From: a virus
Lineage: Duplodnaviria > Caudoviricetes
Length of the DNA: 56,709 nucleotides
Reading direction: 5' to 3' (one strand)
Virus record (IMG/VR): IMGVR_UViG_3300048009_000562
Span: 1 to 56,709 of that record
Position 1 is the first letter of the stretch. Every line of letters starts with the position of its first letter. The position numbers were made by a program, and so were the translations under genes. The notes below the pieces were generated by a model that ran no database searches, had not been told where the DNA came from, and saw only the letters and a program-made list of their open reading frames with translations. Of the stretch, positions 27,292-36,481 are shown piece after piece.

Positions 27292-30200
27292 ATGGCAGAA
27301 TTTAAACTAGGTAGAATTAGGTTTGTGTGGAAAGACGCATGGACTTCTGCCAACACATATTATAAAGACGATGTTGTAAGGTTCGGAGGCAAAGTATATA
27401 TTTGTGTGATTGGTCATACAAGTGCTTCGGAATTCTTTACAGACTTCGAAATAGTACCACCTAAATGGAACTTGGTGAGTGACGGTCAAACTTGGAAAGG
27501 TGACTGGACTATATCAACAGGTTATGTTTATGGCGACATTGTACAATATGGTGCAAGATTATATATTTGTAAAGTTGTTCATACATCACAAGCAACAGTA
27601 GCAGCAGGCCTAGAAACTGATATTGCTAACTGGGACGTGTATGCAGAAGGACTTGACTGGAAAGGTGAATGGACTGTAGATACAAAATATCTAATTAATG
27701 ATATTGTAAAATATGGTGGACAAACTTATGTTTGTAAAGTTTACCATACATCTGCTGCAACCGAAGCTGACGGGCTAGAAGTTAACCAAGCAAACTGGGA
27801 TGTCTTTAATGCTGGCATCGAATACAAAAGTTCTTGGACATCCGGTACTAGATATAAAGTTAATGACGTAGCACAGTATGGCGCTGCACTTTGGATTTGT
27901 ACAGCAGAACATACAGCTGCTACATTGTTTAGCACAGACAATGCAAACTGGGAACAGTTTGTAAGAGGCTTCCAATTTGAATCAGATTGGGAAGCATTAA
28001 GAAATTATCAAAAGGGTGATATTGTACGTTACGGTGGTAACCAATATATTGCTTTAACAAATCATGCAGAAAAGAATCCAGTAGTTGAATCAACAGACTG
28101 GCAATTATTTTCACAAGGATTAAGATTTTTAGGAGACTGGCAAGATGACAGTACTCTACAAGATTATAGAGTGGGCGAAGTTGTTAGATACGGTGGATAT
28201 ACATATCTTTGTATTCAAGATCACCAAGATCAAACACCAACTAATACATCTTACTGGCAACGACTAAACACTGGTTTACGTTGGAGAGGCGCATGGGTAG
28301 ATGATGTAGAATACTTACAAGGTGATGTTGCACGTTATGGTGATAACTCATATGTTTGTGTATTAGGTCACTTCTCAGAAGGTGATGACTTTTCAACTAT
28401 CCAAACACAACCAGGCGGCGGTGGAGCAGAAAATTCACGCCCAGATTTAGATGTATCAGGTACTTATTGGCAAGTAATTGCTATTGGTAATGAAGCAAGT
28501 GTACTTACTACCAAAGGCGATTTAGTTTATTATGCGGCTGGTGGACCTGCAAGATTACCAATTGGTGAAGAAGGACAATTTTTACAAGTAGGCGCAAACA
28601 ATGCTCCTGAATGGGCATACTCCGGTGTAGCAGATGACGTATACTATGTTGCTACTCATGGTAAAGATGAGGCAAGTCCTATTGCAGGTAGAACACTTGA
28701 TAGACCATGGAAGTCTATACGTTATGCTTGTGAACAAGTTGAAAACGGAGCAAAGAATCCGCATGCAAAAAAATTATTAGAACAAAATAGATACTTTATA
28801 CAACGTGAAATTGTAGAGTGGACTGATGCACAAATTACAAGTAACATAGCACCATTTGCAACAGGCTTTGATTACGATAGTGCAAAATGTGAAAGAGATA
28901 TGGGTTATATTGTTGATGCACTTATTCACGATGTTACCCACGGCGGCAATGTTAAATCAAGAGAAGCAGCGTTATCGTATGTTAATGATACAGTTGGCTC
29001 ACCTTATTTGACACAAAAAGCAGAAACTAAAGCAAGTATTAATTATGGTCTAACTGTTATACAAGCGGTATTAAATCAAACAGCACCAGCTGTAAATTAT
29101 CAAGTTAACAATGGTGATAATTCAACAGCAGTTGTTGCACAAATTTTTGATGCAAATATTACAGCAGAATCAGTATACAGTGATATTACAGGTCTTGTAA
29201 AAATTATTACAGATGCTATTGAGGCAGGCGTTGCAACAGGTATTCCAAATAGACTTATTTCTAGTACACTTATTAAAGTTGCAACCGGCAAATACTACGA
29301 AGTATTACCAATACGTGTTCCAGCAGAAACTTGTGTTATAGGTGACGAACTACGTGCAACTAATGTACAACCTAGAAAGTCTAACAATTCAACGTTAACT
29401 GATGCAGGCGACTACTTGTATAGTAATACAGCAATTGAAAGATTAGAAGCAATTATTGGTGACATTGTTGAAGGTGTTTCAGTAACAGCAACATCAACTA
29501 ATCCTACATCACAGTCTACACTATATCCATTAGCTAATAACGAAACAGGTTATGTAAGAAGTGCTGTTGAGCAACTAGCAAGACTATATAGACGTAGAAC
29601 TGATTGGGCGTTAGGTCGTAAAGAAGAAGCTATTGCAACATTCACACTAGCAGACGAAATGACAGATCCAAATGCAGGATATGCTAGAAACTTAATAATT
29701 GCAAACAGAGATTTCTTAAAAGCAGAACTAATTGGCTACATTACAGAAAATTATCCAGATTTAAAATATAGTAAAACAGCATGTAAAAAAGATGTTGGAT
29801 ACTTAATTGATGCAGTAGCATATGATTTAACATACGGTGGTAACTGGCAAACAGTTAATGCTGGTGAAGCATATCATGTTGGTGCAAGTTCAAACTTACC
29901 TGCGGCACAGAAAGCGGCAACACTAGCAGCTTATGGATACCTAAAAGGTATTATGCAAACTGTAGGTAGAAACATTACTGTTACTCCTGGTACACAATCT
30001 AGTGTAACACAATTAGTAGGAACAGCAGGCGATGCGACAAGTGCAACAACAGTAGGTGATTTACTAGATGACTTTATTAATATTGTTGACAACGGCACTG
30101 GTAGCGAAACTATAGTATATCCTAGTATTACTGGAGCGGCGGCAGGTTTACAAACTGACCACTCACTACTAGGATCAGCGGCTGCTACAATTAAAACAAA

Positions 30201-33200
30201 CACAACGAATTGGATCACAGCAAACTTTCCTAACTTAACATATGATAGTGCAAAGTGCGAAAGAGATGTTGGGTACTTACTAGACGCGGCAAGATACGAT
30301 TGGTGTTTAGGTACAACATTTGCATCAACTGTAGCGGCAATAAGTTACTTAAGAAAGCCAAGTGCTAAAGTAACAGGTGCTCAAAAAGATGCTACACTAG
30401 GAAGTTACGAGTTTGCAAGAAATGCAGCAAGAGCTGAAGTTTCAGAAGCAATAAGTTTAGCACAGATTAATAATACATTTGTTACAACTAATGATATTAT
30501 ATTAGGCGGAAGTAATGAAGGTACTAACAGAGCATCTGATCAGCAAGACGTTTATGCAGGTATACAGCAACTTGAACTTAATAAAGATTTTATTGCAAAA
30601 GAAGCTGTTGCATATGTAAATGAATACTATTCAGATATAGTTACAGCAACAACAGCATCAAGTGGTGCGTTAACTGTAACAAGCACAGCATGGTTAAGAC
30701 AAAATAGACCAATTAAGTTTACTGGGGTTGGTACTGAAGTTGGCGGATTAACTTTAGATACTACTTACTATGTAAAAAATATTTTAAGCTCAACAACATT
30801 TACTATTAGTGCAACTATTGGCGGCGCAGAGATTACTGTAACTGACGATACAGGCGCAATGAGTGTTGAAAAAGATTATGAATATAATGTAACACTTTGT
30901 GAAAGAGATATCAAATCAATCATAGATGCTATGAAATGGGATTTAAAATATGCTCCAAGTTATAGAAGAACATATACAGGCGGCATTAGTTTAACTATTC
31001 CAGCAACATATAAAACAAGATATGCTTCAAGATTTTATGTAAACAGCGTATTAGGATCACAAGAAGAAGACTTCTACTACTTACGTAATGGTACAGGTAT
31101 AAGACTACAAACACTTGAAGGTCTTAACGGTGACATGACAGCAGAAACATCTGCAGGTACAAGTAGAATGACAGCAGGTGCATATGCATCACTTGATCCA
31201 GGTTGGGGTCCAGACGATACTAGAGTGTGGATTACAGCACGTTCGCCATACGTACAAAACTGTACAACATTTGGTAATGCGGCAACTGGTCAAAGAATTG
31301 ACGGTGCATTGCACAACGGTGGTAACGATTCGATTGTTAGTAACGATTTTACACAGGTTATAAGTGACGGTATTGGCGCACACATTCTTAACAATGGTAG
31401 AGCAGAACTTGTGTCAGTGTTTACATACTACTCACACATTGGCTACCTTGCAGAAACAGGTGGACGTATACGTGCAACAAATGGTAACAACTCATATGGT
31501 GATTTTGGTTCAGTTGCTGAAGGCGTTGATCCAGATGAAACACCAACAACAGGTATTGTAGACAACAAAACACAATACAATGCTACAATAGCATCAGCTG
31601 TTACTGACCAAGATATGATACTTGCAGCAGAATTTACACATGCTGGTAATGATTATACTGAAGTAACATTTAACACATTTGGTCCAGGAAGCGGCGAAGT
31701 TTTAATTGGTGATGAATTTAGAGATGAAGCACTAATACAAGCTCGTGTTATTGATGATCAAGTAGATGGCGATGCTGGTGGTAGTGGTTACTTAACAGCA
31801 AGTAACACAGCACAGGCAGGCGATGCATCAAGTATTACATTATCTGCTACAGACGGTAACTTAAACAGCTCATACCCAGGTATGAAAGTTGTAATTGTTG
31901 GTGGCGCAGGTGCTGGACTTTATGCATTAATTGATACATATGACGCAGGTACAAAAGTAGCAACAGTTATTAAAGAATCAGATGGAACAGCAGGCTGGGA
32001 TCATTTTGTTCCAGGTACAACACTTGTTACACCAAATGCTTCGTCAACTTATGAAATTGAACCAGCTGTTTCATTTAGCGCACCGGCGAAAACAGCAACA
32101 GATGCAACAATAGGTTCAAACGTATATGTAGACTTTGATTACTTTGAAACATCACAGCAAGTTAACAACCAAGCAGCTACTACATACACAGGCGCAGGTT
32201 CAAACGCTACATTTAATATAGACAGAGTTGGATCTAAGTATTATGTAGCACTTAACAGTGCAGGTAGTGGTTATGTAAGATTAGAAACTATTACTGTAGC
32301 AGGTACATCATTAGGCGGAACAAGTCCTGCTAATGATCTTGTAATTACACTTACATCAATTGGCGTAAGTGGAGACGTAATTGATTTTGACTTTACAGGT
32401 ATTGGACGTAAAGGTGCATACGTAGCACTAAGTGATGATACATCAGTAGCAACAAGTTATGATACAACAACATGGGCTAGTGTAACACTTCCACAACAAT
32501 GTGATAAATTTACAACAGGTTTATTAGATGACGGAAGTTCACAGTTTAAATCAAGTGCATTTATTGCTGTAGCAACAGGATCAAGTACAGCGGTGTTAAG
32601 TGAAGACTTAGCAACATTTAGTACATCATCTTTACCAGCAGGGTTCGACACTTCAACTGGTGTTGATGTACAATACGGATACACTGGTGTAGGTACAAAT
32701 AGATTTGTTGCAATAGCACAAAATGATCAAGACGTTGCTTATTCAGATGATGCAGGTTCAAATTGGACACTAGCAAGTAGTGTATTACCTAATACAGGAT
32801 TTAGTAGTATTACTAGAGGTATGGGTTTATATGTTGCTGTACGCACAGGATCTAACCAAGCAACATATTCAGCAGATGGTATTAGTTGGACAGCAACATC
32901 ATTGCCGTCAAGTTTAAACTGGAGCAAAGTTGTTTGGGGTAATGGCAGATTTATTGCAATAGCAAACAACAGTGTTAACGCAGCTTATAGTTTAGACGGT
33001 GTTAACTGGACAGCAACTACAATTGGTACTGAGAGTGCAGCTCTTCCAACAGACATTGCATATGGACAAGGCATGTTTGCAGTAACAAGTGCAGACACTA
33101 ACAGCGTATGCTATAGTGAATACGGTCTAGTATGGGATAACATTACTGTTACAGCAAATGTAAGCGGATACAAATTAATAGCATTTGGTAATCCAAATAG

Positions 33201-34311
33201 AGAACCGTTCTTTGCATCAATAGCAGACGGCACAACAACACAAGTTGCAATAACTAAACTTGGTGCAAGAGCTAAAGGAAGGGTAAACATTGCAAGCGAG
33301 AAAATATTTGAAGTAAAACTATCAGAAGCAGGTAGTGGTTACGGATCAACGGCACCAACGATTACTATTACTGATCCAAACAACATTGATGATGTTGTAT
33401 TCCAAAATAGACTTGGAGACGGAGCATTAGGTAATCCTAGTTTTGCAAACAGAGGTACAGGCTTTAGTGCTGCAAGCATGGAAGTTGACGATCAAACATC
33501 AAATGGTAATGCAGACTTCTTGCAAAACGGATCATTTGTTGCTGTAAGACGTTTAACAGAAAGACCGGTAGCTGGTTCAAACATTACGTTTGCAAGTTTA
33601 CCAGGGCAGTTCTTTAAACTAGTTACTGTTGTTAGTTTCTTAGGAAGTAATCCAGGATCGCACACAGCATTCTTACAGTTAAGTCCATCAATGACAATTG
33701 GAGACGCACCTACTGACGGTGACGGAGTAACTTCAAGAATTAGATACTCTCAAGTACGTCTAACAGGACACGATTTCCTAGACATTGGTACAGGTAGTTT
33801 TGCAGAAACAAACTATCCTGGACAACCAACACAAACCCCAGATCAAACTAAAGAAACTTTTGATGTTGATGGAGGACGAGTGTTCTTTACATCAACTGAC
33901 CAAGATGGTAACTTTAGAGTTGGTGACTTGTTCCAAATTGAACAGGCAACTGGTGTTGCAAACTTGAATGCAGAAGCGTTTAACATTGCAGGTCTACAGG
34001 AACTTACATTAGGTGAAGTTACACTAGGTGGTAACTCAGCTGCTGTAAATGAATTTAGTACTGATCCATTCTTTACAGCCAACAGCGACAGTGTTGTGCC
34101 AACTCAACGTGCGATTAAAGCGTATATTGAAGCACAAATTGGTGGCGGTGGTGCCGCGTTGAACGTGAACAGTGTTACAGCTGGTGACATTTTTATTAGT
34201 TCAAACATAATTACAACGGCAAGTGGAGAGTTGATAAATATTACAGCAAACATGAACTTTACTGGACCTGTTACAGGGTATCCTTTAGCATACCAGTACT
34301 TTTTAAGATAA
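27292..34311 (+). CDS. Giant fibre protein B2: 7 CBM-like repeats, four C-x-(R/K)-D helical repeats, beta-helix, Asp-box propeller
   Basis: MAEFKL.R start shared with 21233, plus YDSAKCERD repeats, RSPYVQN, S.DG..W repeats and GHDFLDIGTG. Confidence 0.8.
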   Translation: MAEFKLGRIRFVWKDAWTSANTYYKDDVVRFGGKVYICVIGHTSASEFFTDFEIVPPKWNLVSDGQTWKGDWTISTGYVYGDIVQYGARLYICKVVHTSQATVAAGLETDIANWDVYAEGLDWKGEWTVDTKYLINDIVKYGGQTYVCKVYHTSAATEADGLEVNQANWDVFNAGIEYKSSWTSGTRYKVNDVAQYGAALWICTAEHTAATLFSTDNANWEQFVRGFQFESDWEALRNYQKGDIVRYGGNQYIALTNHAEKNPVVESTDWQLFSQGLRFLGDWQDDSTLQDYRVGEVVRYGGYTYLCIQDHQDQTPTNTSYWQRLNTGLRWRGAWVDDVEYLQGDVARYGDNSYVCVLGHFSEGDDFSTIQTQPGGGGAENSRPDLDVSGTYWQVIAIGNEASVLTTKGDLVYYAAGGPARLPIGEEGQFLQVGANNAPEWAYSGVADDVYYVATHGKDEASPIAGRTLDRPWKSIRYACEQVENGAKNPHAKKLLEQNRYFIQREIVEWTDAQITSNIAPFATGFDYDSAKCERDMGYIVDALIHDVTHGGNVKSREAALSYVNDTVGSPYLTQKAETKASINYGLTVIQAVLNQTAPAVNYQVNNGDNSTAVVAQIFDANITAESVYSDITGLVKIITDAIEAGVATGIPNRLISSTLIKVATGKYYEVLPIRVPAETCVIGDELRATNVQPRKSNNSTLTDAGDYLYSNTAIERLEAIIGDIVEGVSVTATSTNPTSQSTLYPLANNETGYVRSAVEQLARLYRRRTDWALGRKEEAIATFTLADEMTDPNAGYARNLIIANRDFLKAELIGYITENYPDLKYSKTACKKDVGYLIDAVAYDLTYGGNWQTVNAGEAYHVGASSNLPAAQKAATLAAYGYLKGIMQTVGRNITVTPGTQSSVTQLVGTAGDATSATTVGDLLDDFINIVDNGTGSETIVYPSITGAAAGLQTDHSLLGSAAATIKTNTTNWITANFPNLTYDSAKCERDVGYLLDAARYDWCLGTTFASTVAAISYLRKPSAKVTGAQKDATLGSYEFARNAARAEVSEAISLAQINNTFVTTNDIILGGSNEGTNRASDQQDVYAGIQQLELNKDFIAKEAVAYVNEYYSDIVTATTASSGALTVTSTAWLRQNRPIKFTGVGTEVGGLTLDTTYYVKNILSSTTFTISATIGGAEITVTDDTGAMSVEKDYEYNVTLCERDIKSIIDAMKWDLKYAPSYRRTYTGGISLTIPATYKTRYASRFYVNSVLGSQEEDFYYLRNGTGIRLQTLEGLNGDMTAETSAGTSRMTAGAYASLDPGWGPDDTRVWITARSPYVQNCTTFGNAATGQRIDGALHNGGNDSIVSNDFTQVISDGIGAHILNNGRAELVSVFTYYSHIGYLAETGGRIRATNGNNSYGDFGSVAEGVDPDETPTTGIVDNKTQYNATIASAVTDQDMILAAEFTHAGNDYTEVTFNTFGPGSGEVLIGDEFRDEALIQARVIDDQVDGDAGGSGYLTASNTAQAGDASSITLSATDGNLNSSYPGMKVVIVGGAGAGLYALIDTYDAGTKVATVIKESDGTAGWDHFVPGTTLVTPNASSTYEIEPAVSFSAPAKTATDATIGSNVYVDFDYFETSQQVNNQAATTYTGAGSNATFNIDRVGSKYYVALNSAGSGYVRLETITVAGTSLGGTSPANDLVITLTSIGVSGDVIDFDFTGIGRKGAYVALSDDTSVATSYDTTTWASVTLPQQCDKFTTGLLDDGSSQFKSSAFIAVATGSSTAVLSEDLATFSTSSLPAGFDTSTGVDVQYGYTGVGTNRFVAIAQNDQDVAYSDDAGSNWTLASSVLPNTGFSSITRGMGLYVAVRTGSNQATYSADGISWTATSLPSSLNWSKVVWGNGRFIAIANNSVNAAYSLDGVNWTATTIGTESAALPTDIAYGQGMFAVTSADTNSVCYSEYGLVWDNITVTANVSGYKLIAFGNPNREPFFASIADGTTTQVAITKLGARAKGRVNIASEKIFEVKLSEAGSGYGSTAPTITITDPNNIDDVVFQNRLGDGALGNPSFANRGTGFSAASMEVDDQTSNGNADFLQNGSFVAVRRLTERPVAGSNITFASLPGQFFKLVTVVSFLGSNPGSHTAFLQLSPSMTIGDAPTDGDGVTSRIRYSQVRLTGHDFLDIGTGSFAETNYPGQPTQTPDQTKETFDVDGGRVFFTSTDQDGNFRVGDLFQIEQATGVANLNAEAFNIAGLQELTLGEVTLGGNSAAVNEFSTDPFFTANSDSVVPTQRAIKAYIEAQIGGGGAALNVNSVTAGDIFISSNIITTASGELINITANMNFTGPVTGYPLAYQYFLR

Positions 34312-34326
34312 TGGAGAAAAATTAAA

Positions 34327-34647
34327 ATGGCAAACGGAAGATTAGGAGTAGCAGATTTATTAGCTGCTACAAATACAACAGTATACGAGGTGCCTGCAGA
34401 TAATTTCGCTGTTGTTACACTTAGCGTATGTAATAGAGACGCAGGTAACAGAACGATTAGAGTTGCATTGGCAAGTGCTGATACACCAACTGGCGGAGAG
34501 TGGATTGAATACGATACTGAATTAGTAGGTAACGGTACACTAGAAAGATCAGGAATTGTATTAGATGCGGGAAAGAAAATTGTTGTATATAGCAATAGTT
34601 TAAATGTTTCAGCCGTAGTTTACGGTTTAGAAACATCAACAGTATAA
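34327..34647 (+). CDS. Small beta-sandwich virion adaptor (paralogue)
   Basis: YEVPA...VTLSVCN...LERSGIVLDAG pattern, with a GGAG RBS. Confidence 0.7.
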   Translation: MANGRLGVADLLAATNTTVYEVPADNFAVVTLSVCNRDAGNRTIRVALASADTPTGGEWIEYDTELVGNGTLERSGIVLDAGKKIVVYSNSLNVSAVVYGLETSTV

Positions 34648-34657
34648 GGAAGAAATA

Positions 34658-35596
34658 ATGCGTAGAATAGGAATAGGAACAGCAGGTGATCCGGTACTAG
34701 GCAAAATGCTAGGCCTCGATAATACGATAACAACGTTGGATGTGGATACCGACCTAGTACTAGATCCTAACGGCGCTGGCGAAACTAAAGTATCTGGAAA
34801 CATGCAAATTACTACTGGATCAACACTTAAATTTGGTGATGACGACGATAGTAACTGGGTAGGATTAACAAGTCCTGCAAGTGTTAGTAGTGATATAACA
34901 TTTACTTTACCAGACGGTTACGGAAGCAATACACAGGTATTAACAACTAATGGCTCAGGAACATTAAGTTGGTCAACTCCTGGTATTAGCGTTACCAATG
35001 ATACTGGTACAGCAAATAATAATAACTACTTATTGTTTACAGCAACTGATAATGGTACAATTACAGGAGCAAGCGTAAGTAATAATAAACTTGCATATCA
35101 GCCAAGTACAGGCAACTTATTTGTTGGCTTTCTAACAGGCGGTGAAGGCAACGGCGGTAATCTAATACTTAGAAGTACTAGTGCAGGCACAAAAGGACAA
35201 GTATATGTTGATGAAAGTACAGCAAGTACTTCGTCAACAACGGGTGCATTTAGGGTTATAGGCGGTGTAGGCATAGGCGGAGCATGTTACGTTGGCGGCG
35301 CACTAACAGCGTCATCAATTACAGAAACATCAAGTATTGCACTTAAAGAAAATGTACAACCAATTGAAAATGCATTAGATAAAATTGTACAATTGGCTGG
35401 CGTTATATATGATAGAAAAGATGGTTCAACTACAAATGAACCTGGTTTGATTGCAGAAGATGTTAAAAAAGTAATACCAGAACTTGTTACAGAAAATGCA
35501 GAAAGCGTTTACTATACAAAAATTGGTGCATACTTAATTGAAGCAATTAAATCATTAAAAGAAGATCTCGATAATGTGAAGCAGAAGCTGGGGTAA
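34658..35596 (+). CDS. Tail fibre with C-terminal intramolecular chaperone (peptidase S74-like autocleaving domain)
   Basis: FTLP..G...QVL.TNGSG.LSW shaft, then TSSIALKENVQPIENALDKI...GLIAEDV...PELV...LIEAIK. Confidence 0.85.
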   Translation: MRRIGIGTAGDPVLGKMLGLDNTITTLDVDTDLVLDPNGAGETKVSGNMQITTGSTLKFGDDDDSNWVGLTSPASVSSDITFTLPDGYGSNTQVLTTNGSGTLSWSTPGISVTNDTGTANNNNYLLFTATDNGTITGASVSNNKLAYQPSTGNLFVGFLTGGEGNGGNLILRSTSAGTKGQVYVDESTASTSSTTGAFRVIGGVGIGGACYVGGALTASSITETSSIALKENVQPIENALDKIVQLAGVIYDRKDGSTTNEPGLIAEDVKKVIPELVTENAESVYYTKIGAYLIEAIKSLKEDLDNVKQKLG

Positions 35597-35599
35597 TAC

Positions 35600-36475
35600 A
35601 TGGCTGATCTAAAGAACACAGTTATAAGTGATGTTGGGGCAATAACATTACCCAAAGGTGCGACTGCACAACGTCCTACAAATCCTCCAGAAGGAGCAAT
35701 GCGTTATAACACTGATTTAGGTTATACTGAATGTTACTGGAAGGGCTATTGGTTTGATTTAGCAACAGGTGCAGATAAACCTGTAATGCTAGATTTAGTT
35801 GCACACTTTGATGCAAATCACCCTGATAGTAATACCGGCTCTGGAAATATATGGTATGACATTTCTGCTAATAACAACGATGCAACTCTTGTAGGTATTA
35901 CTAGAACTACTAGCACTCCAGGAAGTGTGCTTCAAACAGCAGGTAACAGCAGTAGCTATATTGAAATGGATTCAAATGCAAACGGTGCATTTAATTTAAC
36001 TAATCCTCCAGAAGGATATACTGTTATTGTTTGTCAAAGATATAGCGGCGGCACTAGAGGCAGAATGTTAAATGGTCGTAGAAATAATTGGCTTATAGGA
36101 CATTGGAGTTCAGGCATGGTAGAACATTATGCTGAAGGTTGGATATATGGCGCAAGCGGTGGCGGAACTCGGTATCAAAACGATGAAGTTTGGCGTGTTC
36201 ATGCTGCAGTTGGAAGACCATCGGCTGACTTTTATGAATTTTGGTGTGACGGCCAGCGTCTAGCTGGACCGAGAGACACAGGTGGATCGCAAGGCCCTAA
36301 CGGGTTTGTAGTAGGTATATACGGTAACACTATGACCTCAGAACAATCAACAGGTCAAATTTCAGAAATATTAATCTACAACAGAGCAATGCGTCCAGAA
36401 GAAACAAAACAAAGTATGATGGCTATGATGAAGAAAAACAACATTGACTGCACTAGGTATTACAATCAAGGATAA
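35600..36475 (+). CDS. Fibre tip protein with LamG/ConA-like lectin domain
   Basis: LVAHFDA...SGNIWYDIS.NNN.ATL and GQISEILIYNRA, plus an N-terminal LP.G.TAQRP motif. Confidence 0.8.
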   Translation: MADLKNTVISDVGAITLPKGATAQRPTNPPEGAMRYNTDLGYTECYWKGYWFDLATGADKPVMLDLVAHFDANHPDSNTGSGNIWYDISANNNDATLVGITRTTSTPGSVLQTAGNSSSYIEMDSNANGAFNLTNPPEGYTVIVCQRYSGGTRGRMLNGRRNNWLIGHWSSGMVEHYAEGWIYGASGGGTRYQNDEVWRVHAAVGRPSADFYEFWCDGQRLAGPRDTGGSQGPNGFVVGIYGNTMTSEQSTGQISEILIYNRAMRPEETKQSMMAMMKKNNIDCTRYYNQG

Positions 36476-36481
36476 TAAAGA

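Noticed and set aside
8736-34595. Numerous 60-213 aa minus-strand ORFs inside the giant fibre genes
   Set aside because: They are fully nested antisense frames that mirror the + strand repeats, as expected from codon bias.
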